64,000 bases of DNA from a bacterium (GCA_037143195.1 JBAWZD010000001.1:208892-272891); one strand, 5' to 3'. Numbered from the stretch's first letter, positions 1 through 9,964 are shown. The notes: generated by a model not told the origin, from the letters alone. Program-made: numbers and translations.

Positions 1-246
1 GGATTTATCAAGAATGTACAAGGATACAAAGCCACCGTACTCTCGCTCCTTCTCATCGGAGAACTAATGTCAAAGATGCCCGACTCTGTAAGGAAACAAA
101 ATAGCGTCATTCCGTGGGAGCAGATTATCGGATTGCGTCACAGAATAGCTCATGATTACTTTGGCTTAGACGAGGATATTCTGTGGAAGATTATTCATGA
201 TGATATCCCAGCTTTGCGAGATGAAATCAAGAAATTACACGACTAA
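1..246 (+). CDS. C-terminal fragment of a HepT/DUF86-family (HEPN) toxin of an MNT-HepT toxin-antitoxin pair; the N-terminus lies outside the window
   Basis: Frame 1 translates to ...IIGLRHRIAHDYFGLDEDILWKIIHDDIPALRDEIKKLHD*, which contains the R-x4-H-x-Y motif (RHRIAHDY) typical of HepT/DUF86 HEPN toxins. Stop codon at 244-246. Confidence 0.5.
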   Translation, partial: GFIKNVQGYKATVLSLLLIGELMSKMPDSVRKQNSVIPWEQIIGLRHRIAHDYFGLDEDILWKIIHDDIPALRDEIKKLHD

Positions 247-260
247 ATTTTAATTACTAT

Positions 261-1157
261 ATGGCAGCTGGAAAAGAACTCAAACGTCGAATCAAATCGA
301 TTAAAAACACGAAGAAGATCACCAAGGCGATGGAACTCGTCTCGGCTTCTAAAATGAAGCGCGCAATCTCTGCGACGCTCGCTTCGCGAGCTTATGCCGG
401 CTACTCATGGGAAGTCCTGCAGTCACTCGCCGAGTACGTTTCGGAAACACAGAACCCACTCATTGCGGGCGCAGGCACCGACAAATCAAAAGAAAAAATC
501 CTTGTCGTACTGGTGACATCAAATCGCTCACTCTGTGGTGGATACAACTCACAAGTCACACGTAAGACGATTGCATTCATTCGTGAACACGCGGGTCAGA
601 CGCTTGATTTCATTTCTATCGGCGCAAAAGGGGAGAGCAACCTCCGCCGCCTCGGTCAAAACATCATTGCGTCGTTCAACGACATCGCCGATGCGCCGAA
701 GCTCAACGACATCTACCCAATCGGCAATTACATTCTCGATCTTTACAAAAAAGGCGGATACGATCGTGTGTGTGTCGCGTATACCGATTTTGTTTCAGCA
801 CTTACTCAGACTCCACAGATAGCGACACTGCTTCCGGTCAAGAAGGAAGAACTCATCGAAACGATTGCCGAAGCAAAACAGAACGCATCCAAAGCAACAA
901 TCAATTACACATTCGAGCCAGATTATGAAACGCTCATGAGTATGATTGTCGAGAAGATTGCCCGCATGCGTGTCTACCAGATGATTCTCGAATCGACCGC
1001 AAGTGAACACTCTGCTCGAATGCTTGCGATGAAGAACGCGAGTGATGCCGCAGGAGAGATGATCGATGACCTGACATTAGCATTTAACAAAGCTCGCCAA
1101 GCTGGAATCACGCAAGAAATTTCCGAGATTTCCGCAGGTATGGCAAGTGTCAGTTAA
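261..1157 (+). CDS. atpG: F0F1 ATP synthase gamma subunit
   Basis: N-terminus MAAGKELKRRIKSIKNTKKITKAMELVSASKMKRA is the canonical gamma-subunit signature. It is followed by atpD and atpC. Confidence 0.95.
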   Translation: MAAGKELKRRIKSIKNTKKITKAMELVSASKMKRAISATLASRAYAGYSWEVLQSLAEYVSETQNPLIAGAGTDKSKEKILVVLVTSNRSLCGGYNSQVTRKTIAFIREHAGQTLDFISIGAKGESNLRRLGQNIIASFNDIADAPKLNDIYPIGNYILDLYKKGGYDRVCVAYTDFVSALTQTPQIATLLPVKKEELIETIAEAKQNASKATINYTFEPDYETLMSMIVEKIARMRVYQMILESTASEHSARMLAMKNASDAAGEMIDDLTLAFNKARQAGITQEISEISAGMASVS

Positions 1158-1180
1158 AAATATTTTTATAAGATTATTAA

Positions 1181-2554
<1,374 letters not shown>

Positions 2555-2782
2555 AAATTTAGACCCCAACAAAATTAAGTTTTGTGGGGTCTGGGAGTGT
2601 CATTCGACGATCTAAATTTTCTGAGTAACGATCTCCTAATTTTTTCGCCGAAAACTGTGAGTAGTAATAAACATATTACAACGGTTATCAGCAGCCATGG
2701 GATAGGCTGATCACTCGGAACTTTTAACAGTATCTGCTTCATAAAAAAAGGTTTGTTAGTAGAATAGATTAATATATCATTT

Positions 2783-3229
2783 ATGTCAAGTAATCAAATA
2801 AAACTCAAAATAATCACGCCCGAGAAAACGGTGCTTGAAGAGATGGTAGATTCTGTAACAATTCCTGCGACAGAAGGGGAAATCACGATTCTTCCACACC
2901 ATATTCCACTCGTGTCAGGACTCGCTTCTGGAGATATCGTGGCGCGTGTCGGTGACGATGTTGTCCCAATGGCAGTTTCTGGCGGCTTCATCGAAGTCAA
3001 AGGAGTCGATGGTGTGACCGAAGTCGCCGTGCTCGCAGACTTCGCCGAACACGTCAAAGAAATTTCTGAAGATGCAGTTCGAGTTGCGCAAGATCGCGCC
3101 GATGCTTTGAAAAAAATGAAAGAGAACGATGAAGTTGTTGACTTCGAGCACTTCGCAAGTGAGCTCGAGCGATCACTCACGCGTGTCAAAGTCGCCGACA
3201 AGTGGCGCGGAAAAAAATATCGCATTTAA
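2783..3229 (+). CDS. atpC: F0F1 ATP synthase epsilon subunit
   Basis: N-terminal beta-sandwich motif KLKIITPEKTVLEEMVDSVTIPATEGEITILPHHIPL, 148 aa, immediately after atpD. Confidence 0.9.
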   Translation: MSSNQIKLKIITPEKTVLEEMVDSVTIPATEGEITILPHHIPLVSGLASGDIVARVGDDVVPMAVSGGFIEVKGVDGVTEVAVLADFAEHVKEISEDAVRVAQDRADALKKMKENDEVVDFEHFASELERSLTRVKVADKWRGKKYRI

Positions 3230-3254
3230 AAAACAAAATCCACAGCTCACTTGC

Positions 3255-3283
3255 TTGATATCGTATAGACATATAGGTATAAT
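3255..3283 (+). promoter_or_regulatory. Consensus sigma-70-type promoter: TTGATA, 17-bp spacer, TATAAT
   Basis: -35 TTGATA at 3255-3260 and perfect -10 TATAAT at 3278-3283 with a 17-nt spacer. It lies between the atpC stop and a terminator hairpin. Confidence 0.35.
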
Positions 3284-3315
3284 GCAGGTATAAGTGGTCG
3301 ACAAAAAGTAAGAGT

Positions 3316-3353
3316 CCCGACGTAGCCTATCTGCGTCGGGCTTTTGCTTTTTT
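3316..3353 (+). terminator. Rho-independent terminator downstream of the atp operon
   Basis: Hairpin cccgacg-N11-cgtcggg followed by cttttgctttttt. Confidence 0.6.
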
Positions 3354-3391
3354 AGGACAGTTCTGGTAGTGTGTCTACACAACTGAATATC

Positions 3392-3530
3392 GTTTGTATC
3401 AAGAGTGTGGCGAGAGATTTGGCTCGATGACCCACCAGCAACCTACGCAAAGCAAGGTGCTTCATCCAAATTCCGAAAGGAAGATACACGTCGTACTCTT
3501 ACCTGTCGGGTGAAGAGTATTTTTTTTATT
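3392..3530 (+). promoter_or_regulatory. SAM-I (S-box) riboswitch with terminator-type expression platform in the metK leader
   Basis: S-box core motifs are present: aUCAAGAGtgtGGCGAGAGAtuuGGCUCGAUGAcccaccaGCAACC ... aaGGUGCUucAUCC. P1 pairing is tgtatc (3395-3400) with gataca (3483-3488). Downstream hairpin tactcttacc...ggtgaagagta is followed by a U9 run (3490-3530). The element sits immediately 5' of metK. Confidence 0.75.
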
Positions 3531-3559
3531 CTTCTCCTTACTATTTTTATTTACGTTTT

Positions 3560-4600
3560 ATGTATATACCGAAAAAATACACAGTCGAAAATGTTCGTCG
3601 CGGTCACCCAGACAAAGTGTGTGATCAAATTTCCGATGCGATTCTTGACGCGTACCTCGCGCACGATCCATTCGCACGCGTGGCGATTGAATCTTTTGGT
3701 GCGCATGGACTACTCACGCTCGGTGGCGAAATTACTTCGACGGCACATGTTGATGTTGAAAGTATTGCACGTGAGGTGTATCGCTCGATTGGATTCACAA
3801 GTGACATCGAAATTCGCACACAGATTGTGAAGCAGTCGCCTGAGATCGCGATGGGTGTGAATAATGACGGAGCAGGGGACCAAGGTATCATGTACGGATT
3901 CGCGACGAATGAAACACCTGAAATGCTTCCGCGCGGTGTGGTGTATTCTGCACGAATTGTTGCGTTACTCGACACGCCCGAGACGAGTGCGCGGCTTCCG
4001 TGGCTTCTTCCTGATGGCAAAACACAAATCACGATGGTGGATGACGCAGTCGATACTATTGTCGTGAGTGTACAGCACACAGAAGCTGTGACGCACACAG
4101 AGATTGAAAACGGAATTCGTGAAGTGGTACTTGAACCAATTTTTGGTGATATTCTCGAAACTGCAAGAGTGATTATTAATCCAAGCGGAATGTTTACGAT
4201 TGGTGGATTTGATGCAGACACTGGACTTACGGGAAGAAAAATAATGGTAGATACCTATGGCGGAATTATTCCGCACGGCGGGGGATGTTTCAGTGGCAAG
4301 GACGCGACCAAGGTAGATCGCTCGGCTGCATACATGGCGCGATACGTCGCAAAGACACTCGTGCGCGAAGGCACAGCAAAAGAAGCGCTCGTCTCTGTCG
4401 CGTATGCAATCGGCGTAGCAGAACCGGTGATGCTCACTGTCACAAACGAAAATGGTGAAGATATTTCAAGTGCAATACAAGGACGATTTGATTTTGCGCC
4501 AAAAGCGATTATCGAAAAACTCGGACTTCGAAATGCGGTGTACAAAAATGTCGCAGCTCATGGTCACTTCATTCACGCGAATACTCCGTGGGAAAAATAA
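3560..4600 (+). CDS. metK: S-adenosylmethionine synthetase (methionine adenosyltransferase)
   Basis: GHPDKVCDQISDAILDA motif and the later MetK motifs GGGAFSGKD-like (GGGCFSGKD). 346 aa, so a short MetK. Confidence 0.9.
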   Translation: MYIPKKYTVENVRRGHPDKVCDQISDAILDAYLAHDPFARVAIESFGAHGLLTLGGEITSTAHVDVESIAREVYRSIGFTSDIEIRTQIVKQSPEIAMGVNNDGAGDQGIMYGFATNETPEMLPRGVVYSARIVALLDTPETSARLPWLLPDGKTQITMVDDAVDTIVVSVQHTEAVTHTEIENGIREVVLEPIFGDILETARVIINPSGMFTIGGFDADTGLTGRKIMVDTYGGIIPHGGGCFSGKDATKVDRSAAYMARYVAKTLVREGTAKEALVSVAYAIGVAEPVMLTVTNENGEDISSAIQGRFDFAPKAIIEKLGLRNAVYKNVAAHGHFIHANTPWEK

Positions 4601-4611
4601 AAAACACCGAC

Positions 4612-4968
4612 TTATCGCCGGTGAGTTTTCTTTTTCTTTCCAAATGGTTTTTTCTTGATCGGAATTTTTTGCGAACTGAGTGCTCGCGGTGGACTTACTA
4701 TCTTGTAATAAAAAACAAGAATAGAAAGTATAATCGCGAGTATCGAACCTAGAAATTCGGACCAAAAATACCAGTCATTTTGGTCATAGTACCCATACGC
4801 ACAGGTGAATATTGAAAATCCTGCAGTCATGTAGGTATTAGCCTCGGAGACTTGGTTTGCTGATTTTTGCTTTAGTATTAGTTTGATTTGAGAGGGGACT
4901 CCTATAAGGCAAAGTCCAATCGAAAAACCTGAGCTAATAGTAGAGCAAATTTGTGCTGCGTTGTTCAT
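4612..4968 (-). CDS. Small 3-TM PQ-loop / SemiSWEET-like (MtN3 family) membrane protein
   Basis: 118 aa, hydrophobic, with a PQ-loop-like motif GVPSQIKLILKQKS. The basic C-terminal tail overlaps the metK terminator region. Confidence 0.45.
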   Translation of the reverse strand: MNNAAQICSTISSGFSIGLCLIGVPSQIKLILKQKSANQVSEANTYMTAGFSIFTCAYGYYDQNDWYFWSEFLGSILAIILSILVFYYKIVSPPRALSSQKIPIKKKPFGKKKKTHRR

Positions 4969-4987
4969 TTTAATGAGTTGTGAGTTG

Positions 4988-5063
4988 CACCTATCCTACC
5001 ACAACGAGGCTCAAAAACAGACGCGTTTTCCACCTTTTGTGACGTCGTGGTAGAATAGGTGGT
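4988..5063. repeat. Imperfect 20-bp inverted repeat (17/20 matches) spanning the divergent intergenic region; the right arm covers the SD and abuts the start codon of the ATP-cone/Mrr gene
   Basis: Left arm cacctatcctaccacaacg (4988-5006). Right arm cgtcgtggtagaataggtgg (5043-5062) is its reverse complement with three mismatches. The putative SD aggtgg lies inside the right arm. Confidence 0.35.
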
Positions 5064-5894
5064 ATGGAAATCGTAAAGACTGGTGGTGTCCGCGAAGAAT
5101 TCAGCCCCTCGAAATTGTGTCTTTCGATGCGTAAAGCAGGTGCTCCGCGTGATGTGGCTGATACGATTTGTCGTACTGTGGGTACGAAAGTAAACCCAAA
5201 TGATTCGACCAACTCCATCTTTCGTAAGTCACTCAAATATCTCATGAAGGAAGCGCCGGATGTTGCCGCTCGCTATAGTTTGCGTCGCGGACTTGAGGCG
5301 CTTGGCCCAGCTGGATTTATCTTTGAGCAATATTTTGAAGTTGTGCTTCAAGCATATGGATTTACCACGAAGCGCGATGTCACACTCAAAGGCAAATGTG
5401 TGTCGCACGAGATCGACGTCATCGCAGCTGAAGGAAGCAAACGTTTTTTGGTTGAGGCCAAGTATCATAACGAACAAGGAATCAAAACACATGTCGATGT
5501 CATTATGTATGCCGACGCGCGCTTGATTGATATCGTCAAAAACGAACCGGAAAAGAATCAAAAGAATTTTGAATATGCGATGTGGGTCGTAACGAATACG
5601 AAGTTTACCGATGCTGCGATTCAATACGCAAAGTGTCGTGGTATTCGATTGACTGGCTGGAATTATCCACGTGGCGCAAGTCTTGAAGATATTATTGCCG
5701 ACAAAAAACTCTATCCGGTGACGGTGCTTCCATCGCTTCCAAAACTATTATTGCCCGAACTCGCAAAGAAAAATATTATCCTCGCGCAAGATTTGCTCAC
5801 CTATGAAGCACGCGACCTTGTTCGAATGTTTGGAGTTGAAAAAGATATCGCGGAAAAGCTTGTCCGCGAAGTCGCTGGAATGGTAGGAAACTAA
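5064..5894 (+). CDS. Fusion protein: N-terminal ATP-cone domain plus Mrr-like (PD-(D/E)xK restriction-endonuclease fold) nuclease domain
   Basis: N-terminal ~90 aa VKTGGVREEFSPSKLCLSMRKAGA...AARYSLRR matches the ATP-cone consensus. The central region FEQYFEVVLQAYGF...HEIDVIAAEGSKRFLVEAKYH...WVVTNTKFTDAAIQYAKCRGIRL matches the Mrr_cat D...E-x-K catalytic core. Confidence 0.6.
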   Translation: MEIVKTGGVREEFSPSKLCLSMRKAGAPRDVADTICRTVGTKVNPNDSTNSIFRKSLKYLMKEAPDVAARYSLRRGLEALGPAGFIFEQYFEVVLQAYGFTTKRDVTLKGKCVSHEIDVIAAEGSKRFLVEAKYHNEQGIKTHVDVIMYADARLIDIVKNEPEKNQKNFEYAMWVVTNTKFTDAAIQYAKCRGIRLTGWNYPRGASLEDIIADKKLYPVTVLPSLPKLLLPELAKKNIILAQDLLTYEARDLVRMFGVEKDIAEKLVREVAGMVGN

Positions 5895-5895
5895 T

Positions 5896-6627
5896 ATGGA
5901 ATTAAATTCTCACGTACGAAAAGTAGCAGTATTCGATATCGACGGAACTATTTTCCGTTCGAGTCTCCTCATCAAACTTGTGGAGGAACTTGTCGCGCGT
6001 GGAGATTTTCCAGAAAGTGCGCGTACGCTGTATAAAGGATACGAAGAAGCATGGATTGAACGACAAGGTTCGTATGAAGATTACATTATGAAGGTTGTCG
6101 AGTCATTCACTTCGCACATGAAAGGTTTGCCGTACACTGCACTCCACGATGCGGCCAAAACAGTCAACGCAAAGGATAAGAATATTCGCTATTTGTATAC
6201 GAGTAAATTGATTCGAGATTTGAAGGAACAAGGATACTTTTTGCTCGCGGTGTCTCAGTCTCCATGGGCGGTGCTGCATGATTTTTGTACGATGCTTGGT
6301 TTCGACAAAGTCTACGGACGATTTTATGAGCTCGATAGCGAAGAGAAATTTACGGGCAATGTGGTGAGCGAAGAATTGATCAGTGACAAGTCGGCTATTG
6401 TGAAGCGCGCCTGCGACAAGCATGGTCTTTCGCTCGAAGGTTCGTATGCAGTAGGGGACACAGAAGGAGATATTCCTATGCTCTCTATAGTCGAGAATCC
6501 GATTTGTTTTAATCCGAATGCCAAACTTGCCAAGGTTGCGCGAGAAAATGGTTGGACTATCGTAATAGAAAGAAAAGATGTAATGTATGAATGGAATGGC
6601 AAAACAGGCCTCATGCGCCTCATGTAA
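5896..6627 (+). CDS. HAD-superfamily hydrolase (subfamily IB, phosphoserine-phosphatase-like)
   Basis: HAD motif I VAVFDIDGTIF at the N-terminus, and C-terminal motif AVGDTEGDIPML. Confidence 0.75.
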   Translation: MELNSHVRKVAVFDIDGTIFRSSLLIKLVEELVARGDFPESARTLYKGYEEAWIERQGSYEDYIMKVVESFTSHMKGLPYTALHDAAKTVNAKDKNIRYLYTSKLIRDLKEQGYFLLAVSQSPWAVLHDFCTMLGFDKVYGRFYELDSEEKFTGNVVSEELISDKSAIVKRACDKHGLSLEGSYAVGDTEGDIPMLSIVENPICFNPNAKLAKVARENGWTIVIERKDVMYEWNGKTGLMRLM

Positions 6628-6630
6628 TCT

Positions 6631-7320
6631 ATGAACATCCAACTTGGAACACTCTATATCGTAGCAACGCCAATCGGAAACCTTGAAGATATTACACTTC
6701 GAGCACTTCGTGTTTTGAGCGAAGTTTCGCTTGTGCTGTGTGAAGATACCCGTCATACAAAAATCCTTTTTGGGCGACACAATATCCACGCAAAAACAGA
6801 AAGCTATCACGCTCATTCAACCGAAGCAAAACTACACTCAATCGCTGAAAAGCTTGAACGCGGTGAGGATTTGGCGCTTGTGAGCGATGCGGGAACACCA
6901 CTCATTTCAGACCCTGGATCGCCACTCCTTACTTATCTCCGAAAACGATTTGGATCCGAACTTCGCATTGTTCCAATCCCGGGAGCCTCGGCGCTGACGA
7001 CTGCACTCTCAGTGATCCCAGTATCAGGTGGCCGGTTTACATTTCTCGGTTTTCTCCCACACAAAAAAGGGCGCCAAACGATCATCAAAGAAATGCGTGA
7101 AGCCCGAGATGCACAAGTGTGTTACGAATCATCACACCGCATCGTAAAGCTCATGACAGAACTCGAAGAATTCTATCCAGAAGCACATGTATGGATTGCA
7201 CGTGAACTCACAAAACAATTTGAAGAAGTTCTTGAAGGCACACCACTTGAACTTCGCACAATTTTCGAAACAACTCCTGAAAAACAAAAAGGGGAGTTCG
7301 TTGTCGTTGTCGAAAAGTAA
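6631..7320 (+). CDS. rsmI: 16S rRNA (cytidine1402-2'-O)-methyltransferase
   Basis: GTLYIVATPIGNLEDITLRALRVL...LVLCEDTRHTKIL is diagnostic of the RsmI tetrapyrrole-methylase-like family. Confidence 0.9.
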   Translation: MNIQLGTLYIVATPIGNLEDITLRALRVLSEVSLVLCEDTRHTKILFGRHNIHAKTESYHAHSTEAKLHSIAEKLERGEDLALVSDAGTPLISDPGSPLLTYLRKRFGSELRIVPIPGASALTTALSVIPVSGGRFTFLGFLPHKKGRQTIIKEMREARDAQVCYESSHRIVKLMTELEEFYPEAHVWIARELTKQFEEVLEGTPLELRTIFETTPEKQKGEFVVVVEK

Positions 7321-7344
7321 CGAAGCGAGTATAATCAGTGTGAT

Positions 7345-7554
7345 ATGAATAAAGAAAAAGTTTTGCTTATTTTGGGCGTGTGGTTAATCATCCTTCCGTT
7401 TCTTGGTTTCCCTGATCTTTGGAAAACAATCCTTATTTCAGCGACGGGTGTCGTCGTTGTGTATTTGAGTGCCCTTATCTGGAAACAGGTTCGCATGCGC
7501 GCTCTCAACAACGTAGCTGAAATTAAAACAGAAACATTTACCGAAACATCATAA
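7345..7554 (+). CDS. Small hypothetical 2-TM membrane protein
   Basis: 69 aa, hydrophobic. Its stop overlaps the next start (TAATG), which suggests translational coupling. Confidence 0.4.
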   Translation: MNKEKVLLILGVWLIILPFLGFPDLWKTILISATGVVVVYLSALIWKQVRMRALNNVAEIKTETFTETS

Positions 7555-8714
7555 TGCGATTGTCACTTTCCACAAAACAAAAACGAATACTCAAGATTTT
7601 AGGAGGTGTTTTTGTTGTATTGATTATCGCGTTGATTTTTTTGTTTGCATACAAAAAGACTCATTTCGCCTACAAGCAGAATGGTTCTACGGGCAACGCA
7701 CTTAAGAGTGATTCTCTTACAGTGGCACTTCCTGCACTCATACCACCCGTTCCAAAACCGGTACTTGATACAGTGGCATACGACAAGAAAAATTTGCAAA
7801 TCGCGAACAATCCAGTACCAAAACCCGTTGCTCCATCGAGCAAAGTAGCTGATGACGAGGTTACGGGGACTCTTATTACTCCAAAGGTAGTACCGCTTTG
7901 GCCACCAAAAACAGTGTATCCAAATTATGGAGCACTACTTCCGTTTAATCGTATCGTTGCATACTATGGCAACTTCTACTCAAAAGGCATGGGCGTGCTC
8001 GGTCAATATCCGACTGACGTGATGCTTGATAAATTGAATAAGGAAGTTGAGGTATGGAAGCTTGCTGACCCGACAACTCCTGTGATACCTGCAATTCATT
8101 ATATTGTTGTCACTGCCCAAGGTAGTGCCGGACGTGACGGCAAATATCGTTTGCGTATGCCTGATGCTCAGATTGATCATGCGATTGAACTTGCGCACAA
8201 GATTCACGGTCTTGTATTTCTTGATGTTCAAGTAGCACTGAGCAACGTGCAGACCGAAGTTCCGCTACTTGAAAAATATTTAAAAATGCCAGACGTGCAT
8301 CTTGGACTCGATCCAGAATTTTCCATGAAGCATGGTGAGCGTCCTGGTTCTGTAATTGGAACAATGGATGCTACTGATATCAACTGGGCGATGAATTATC
8401 TCGCCAAGATTGTACAAGACAACAATCTTCCTCCAAAGATATTGATTATTCACCGCTTTACGATGCCGATGGTGACGAATTACAAACTTATCAAACCACT
8501 TCCTGAAGTACAGTTCGTGATGGATATGGACGGATGGGGATTCGCTGCCAAAAAAATTAATACTTACAATACTGTTATCACTCCGCAACCGGTGCAGTTT
8601 AGTGGATTCAAGTTGTTTTATAAAAACGATTTACTTCCGCCAAGTAAGAGAATGCTCACTCCAGCCGAACTCTTGAAACTTACTCCACAGCCAATCTATA
8701 TACAGTACCAATAA
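7554..8714 (+). CDS. Hypothetical membrane-anchored protein (N-terminal TM, large extracytoplasmic domain)
   Basis: 386-aa ORF with an N-terminal TM helix (VFVVLIIALIFLFAY). No family recognised by eye. Coupled to the upstream small ORF. Confidence 0.55.
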   Translation: MRLSLSTKQKRILKILGGVFVVLIIALIFLFAYKKTHFAYKQNGSTGNALKSDSLTVALPALIPPVPKPVLDTVAYDKKNLQIANNPVPKPVAPSSKVADDEVTGTLITPKVVPLWPPKTVYPNYGALLPFNRIVAYYGNFYSKGMGVLGQYPTDVMLDKLNKEVEVWKLADPTTPVIPAIHYIVVTAQGSAGRDGKYRLRMPDAQIDHAIELAHKIHGLVFLDVQVALSNVQTEVPLLEKYLKMPDVHLGLDPEFSMKHGERPGSVIGTMDATDINWAMNYLAKIVQDNNLPPKILIIHRFTMPMVTNYKLIKPLPEVQFVMDMDGWGFAAKKINTYNTVITPQPVQFSGFKLFYKNDLLPPSKRMLTPAELLKLTPQPIYIQYQ

Positions 8715-8740
8715 GAACAAGGTATACTATACAAACATTT

Positions 8741-9964
8741 ATGAAAACACGAGCAAAAATTGCCATTGGTGCGGTATCAGTCCTGCTTCTCTCAGGTGTA
8801 TTTTATGTCGGTTTTTTTGTAGGTTCTCGTCATCATACATATGAAGAGCAGGTAACGACTGTCGTCAACAAAGACAATCAAGCGGTTCTTGGACAAGCTG
8901 ATTTTGCACCATTTTGGAAAGTGTGGAACATTATGGACCAAAAATTCCCAGGCGCAGACAAGATTAGTGCACAAGATCGTGTCTACGGTGCAATCAAAGG
9001 TCTTGTAGCATCGACTGGCGATCCATACTCGGTATTTTTCCCACCACAGGATTCAAAGAATTTTTCTGACACCATCAGTGGCAGTTTTGAAGGTATCGGA
9101 ATGGAGGTCGGAATCAAGGACAAAGTCTTGACCGTCATCGCTCCACTCAAAGGTACTCCAGCTGAGAAAGCAGGTATTTTGCCAGGTGACAAAATTTTGA
9201 AAATAAATGGCAAGACGACTGAAGATATGTCTGTCGACCAAGCGGTCACAATCATTCGTGGACCAAAGGGCACATCGGTTACTCTCTCGATGTATCGCGA
9301 AGGCAAGACAAAGCCAAACGATGTTGTTGTGACTCGTGATGTGATTGACGTTCCGACTATTGATACAAAGCTCCGTTCCGACGGTGTGTATGTGATTAGT
9401 CTCTATAGCTTTAGCGCAACATCTGCGACGCTTATGGAAAAGGCACTTGAAGATTTTTCAAAGAGCGGTTCAAAGGACCTCGTGATTGATCTTCGTGGCA
9501 ATCCAGGTGGCTACCTCGACGCAGCCGTTGATATGGCAAGTTTCTTTTTGCCCGAAGGCGACACAATCGTAACTGAAGACTTTGGCAAAAATGGTTCTCC
9601 AAAAATCTACCGCAGTAAAGGATTTGATTTGCTTGATATGAAAAACATCAAAGTTGCCGTGCTTGTCGACAAAGGTTCTGCATCTGCATCGGAAATTCTC
9701 TCAGGTGCACTTCAGCAACACAACGTCGCTCCACTCATCGGAGAGACAACATACGGTAAGGGCTCAGTCCAAGAAGTGCTCGATGTGACCAAAGACACGA
9801 CAATGAAAATCACTGTCGCAAAATGGCTCACTCCAAACGGCTCATGGATCTCAGAACACGGCCTCAAACCTGACATCCCAGTCACTGTGAGCGACAAAGA
9901 TATCGCCGACCACGTCGATCCAGTGCTCAACCGAGCTCTCGAATACTTCAAAACAGGGAAGTAG
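8741..9964 (+). CDS. ctpA: Carboxyl-terminal processing protease (S41 family) with PDZ domain
   Basis: N-terminal TM. PDZ region GILPGDKILKINGKTTEDM. S41 motifs LVIDLRGNPGGYL and ASASEILSGAL. Confidence 0.9.
   Translation: MKTRAKIAIGAVSVLLLSGVFYVGFFVGSRHHTYEEQVTTVVNKDNQAVLGQADFAPFWKVWNIMDQKFPGADKISAQDRVYGAIKGLVASTGDPYSVFFPPQDSKNFSDTISGSFEGIGMEVGIKDKVLTVIAPLKGTPAEKAGILPGDKILKINGKTTEDMSVDQAVTIIRGPKGTSVTLSMYREGKTKPNDVVVTRDVIDVPTIDTKLRSDGVYVISLYSFSATSATLMEKALEDFSKSGSKDLVIDLRGNPGGYLDAAVDMASFFLPEGDTIVTEDFGKNGSPKIYRSKGFDLLDMKNIKVAVLVDKGSASASEILSGALQQHNVAPLIGETTYGKGSVQEVLDVTKDTTMKITVAKWLTPNGSWISEHGLKPDIPVTVSDKDIADHVDPVLNRALEYFKTGK

Noticed and set aside
2560-2592. Hairpin agacccca-N16-tggggtct between atpD and atpC
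   Set aside because: It has no downstream U-tract and sits inside an operon that must read through to atpC. It may be an attenuator or mRNA-stability structure but was not called a terminator.
3405-3830. 141-aa + strand ORF
   Set aside because: It starts inside the SAM-I riboswitch aptamer and runs out of frame through metK. It is low-complexity and hydrophobic, so it is spurious.
6103-6816. 237-aa ORF antisense to the HAD hydrolase and rsmI
   Set aside because: It spans two confident sense-strand genes and has no recognisable motif.
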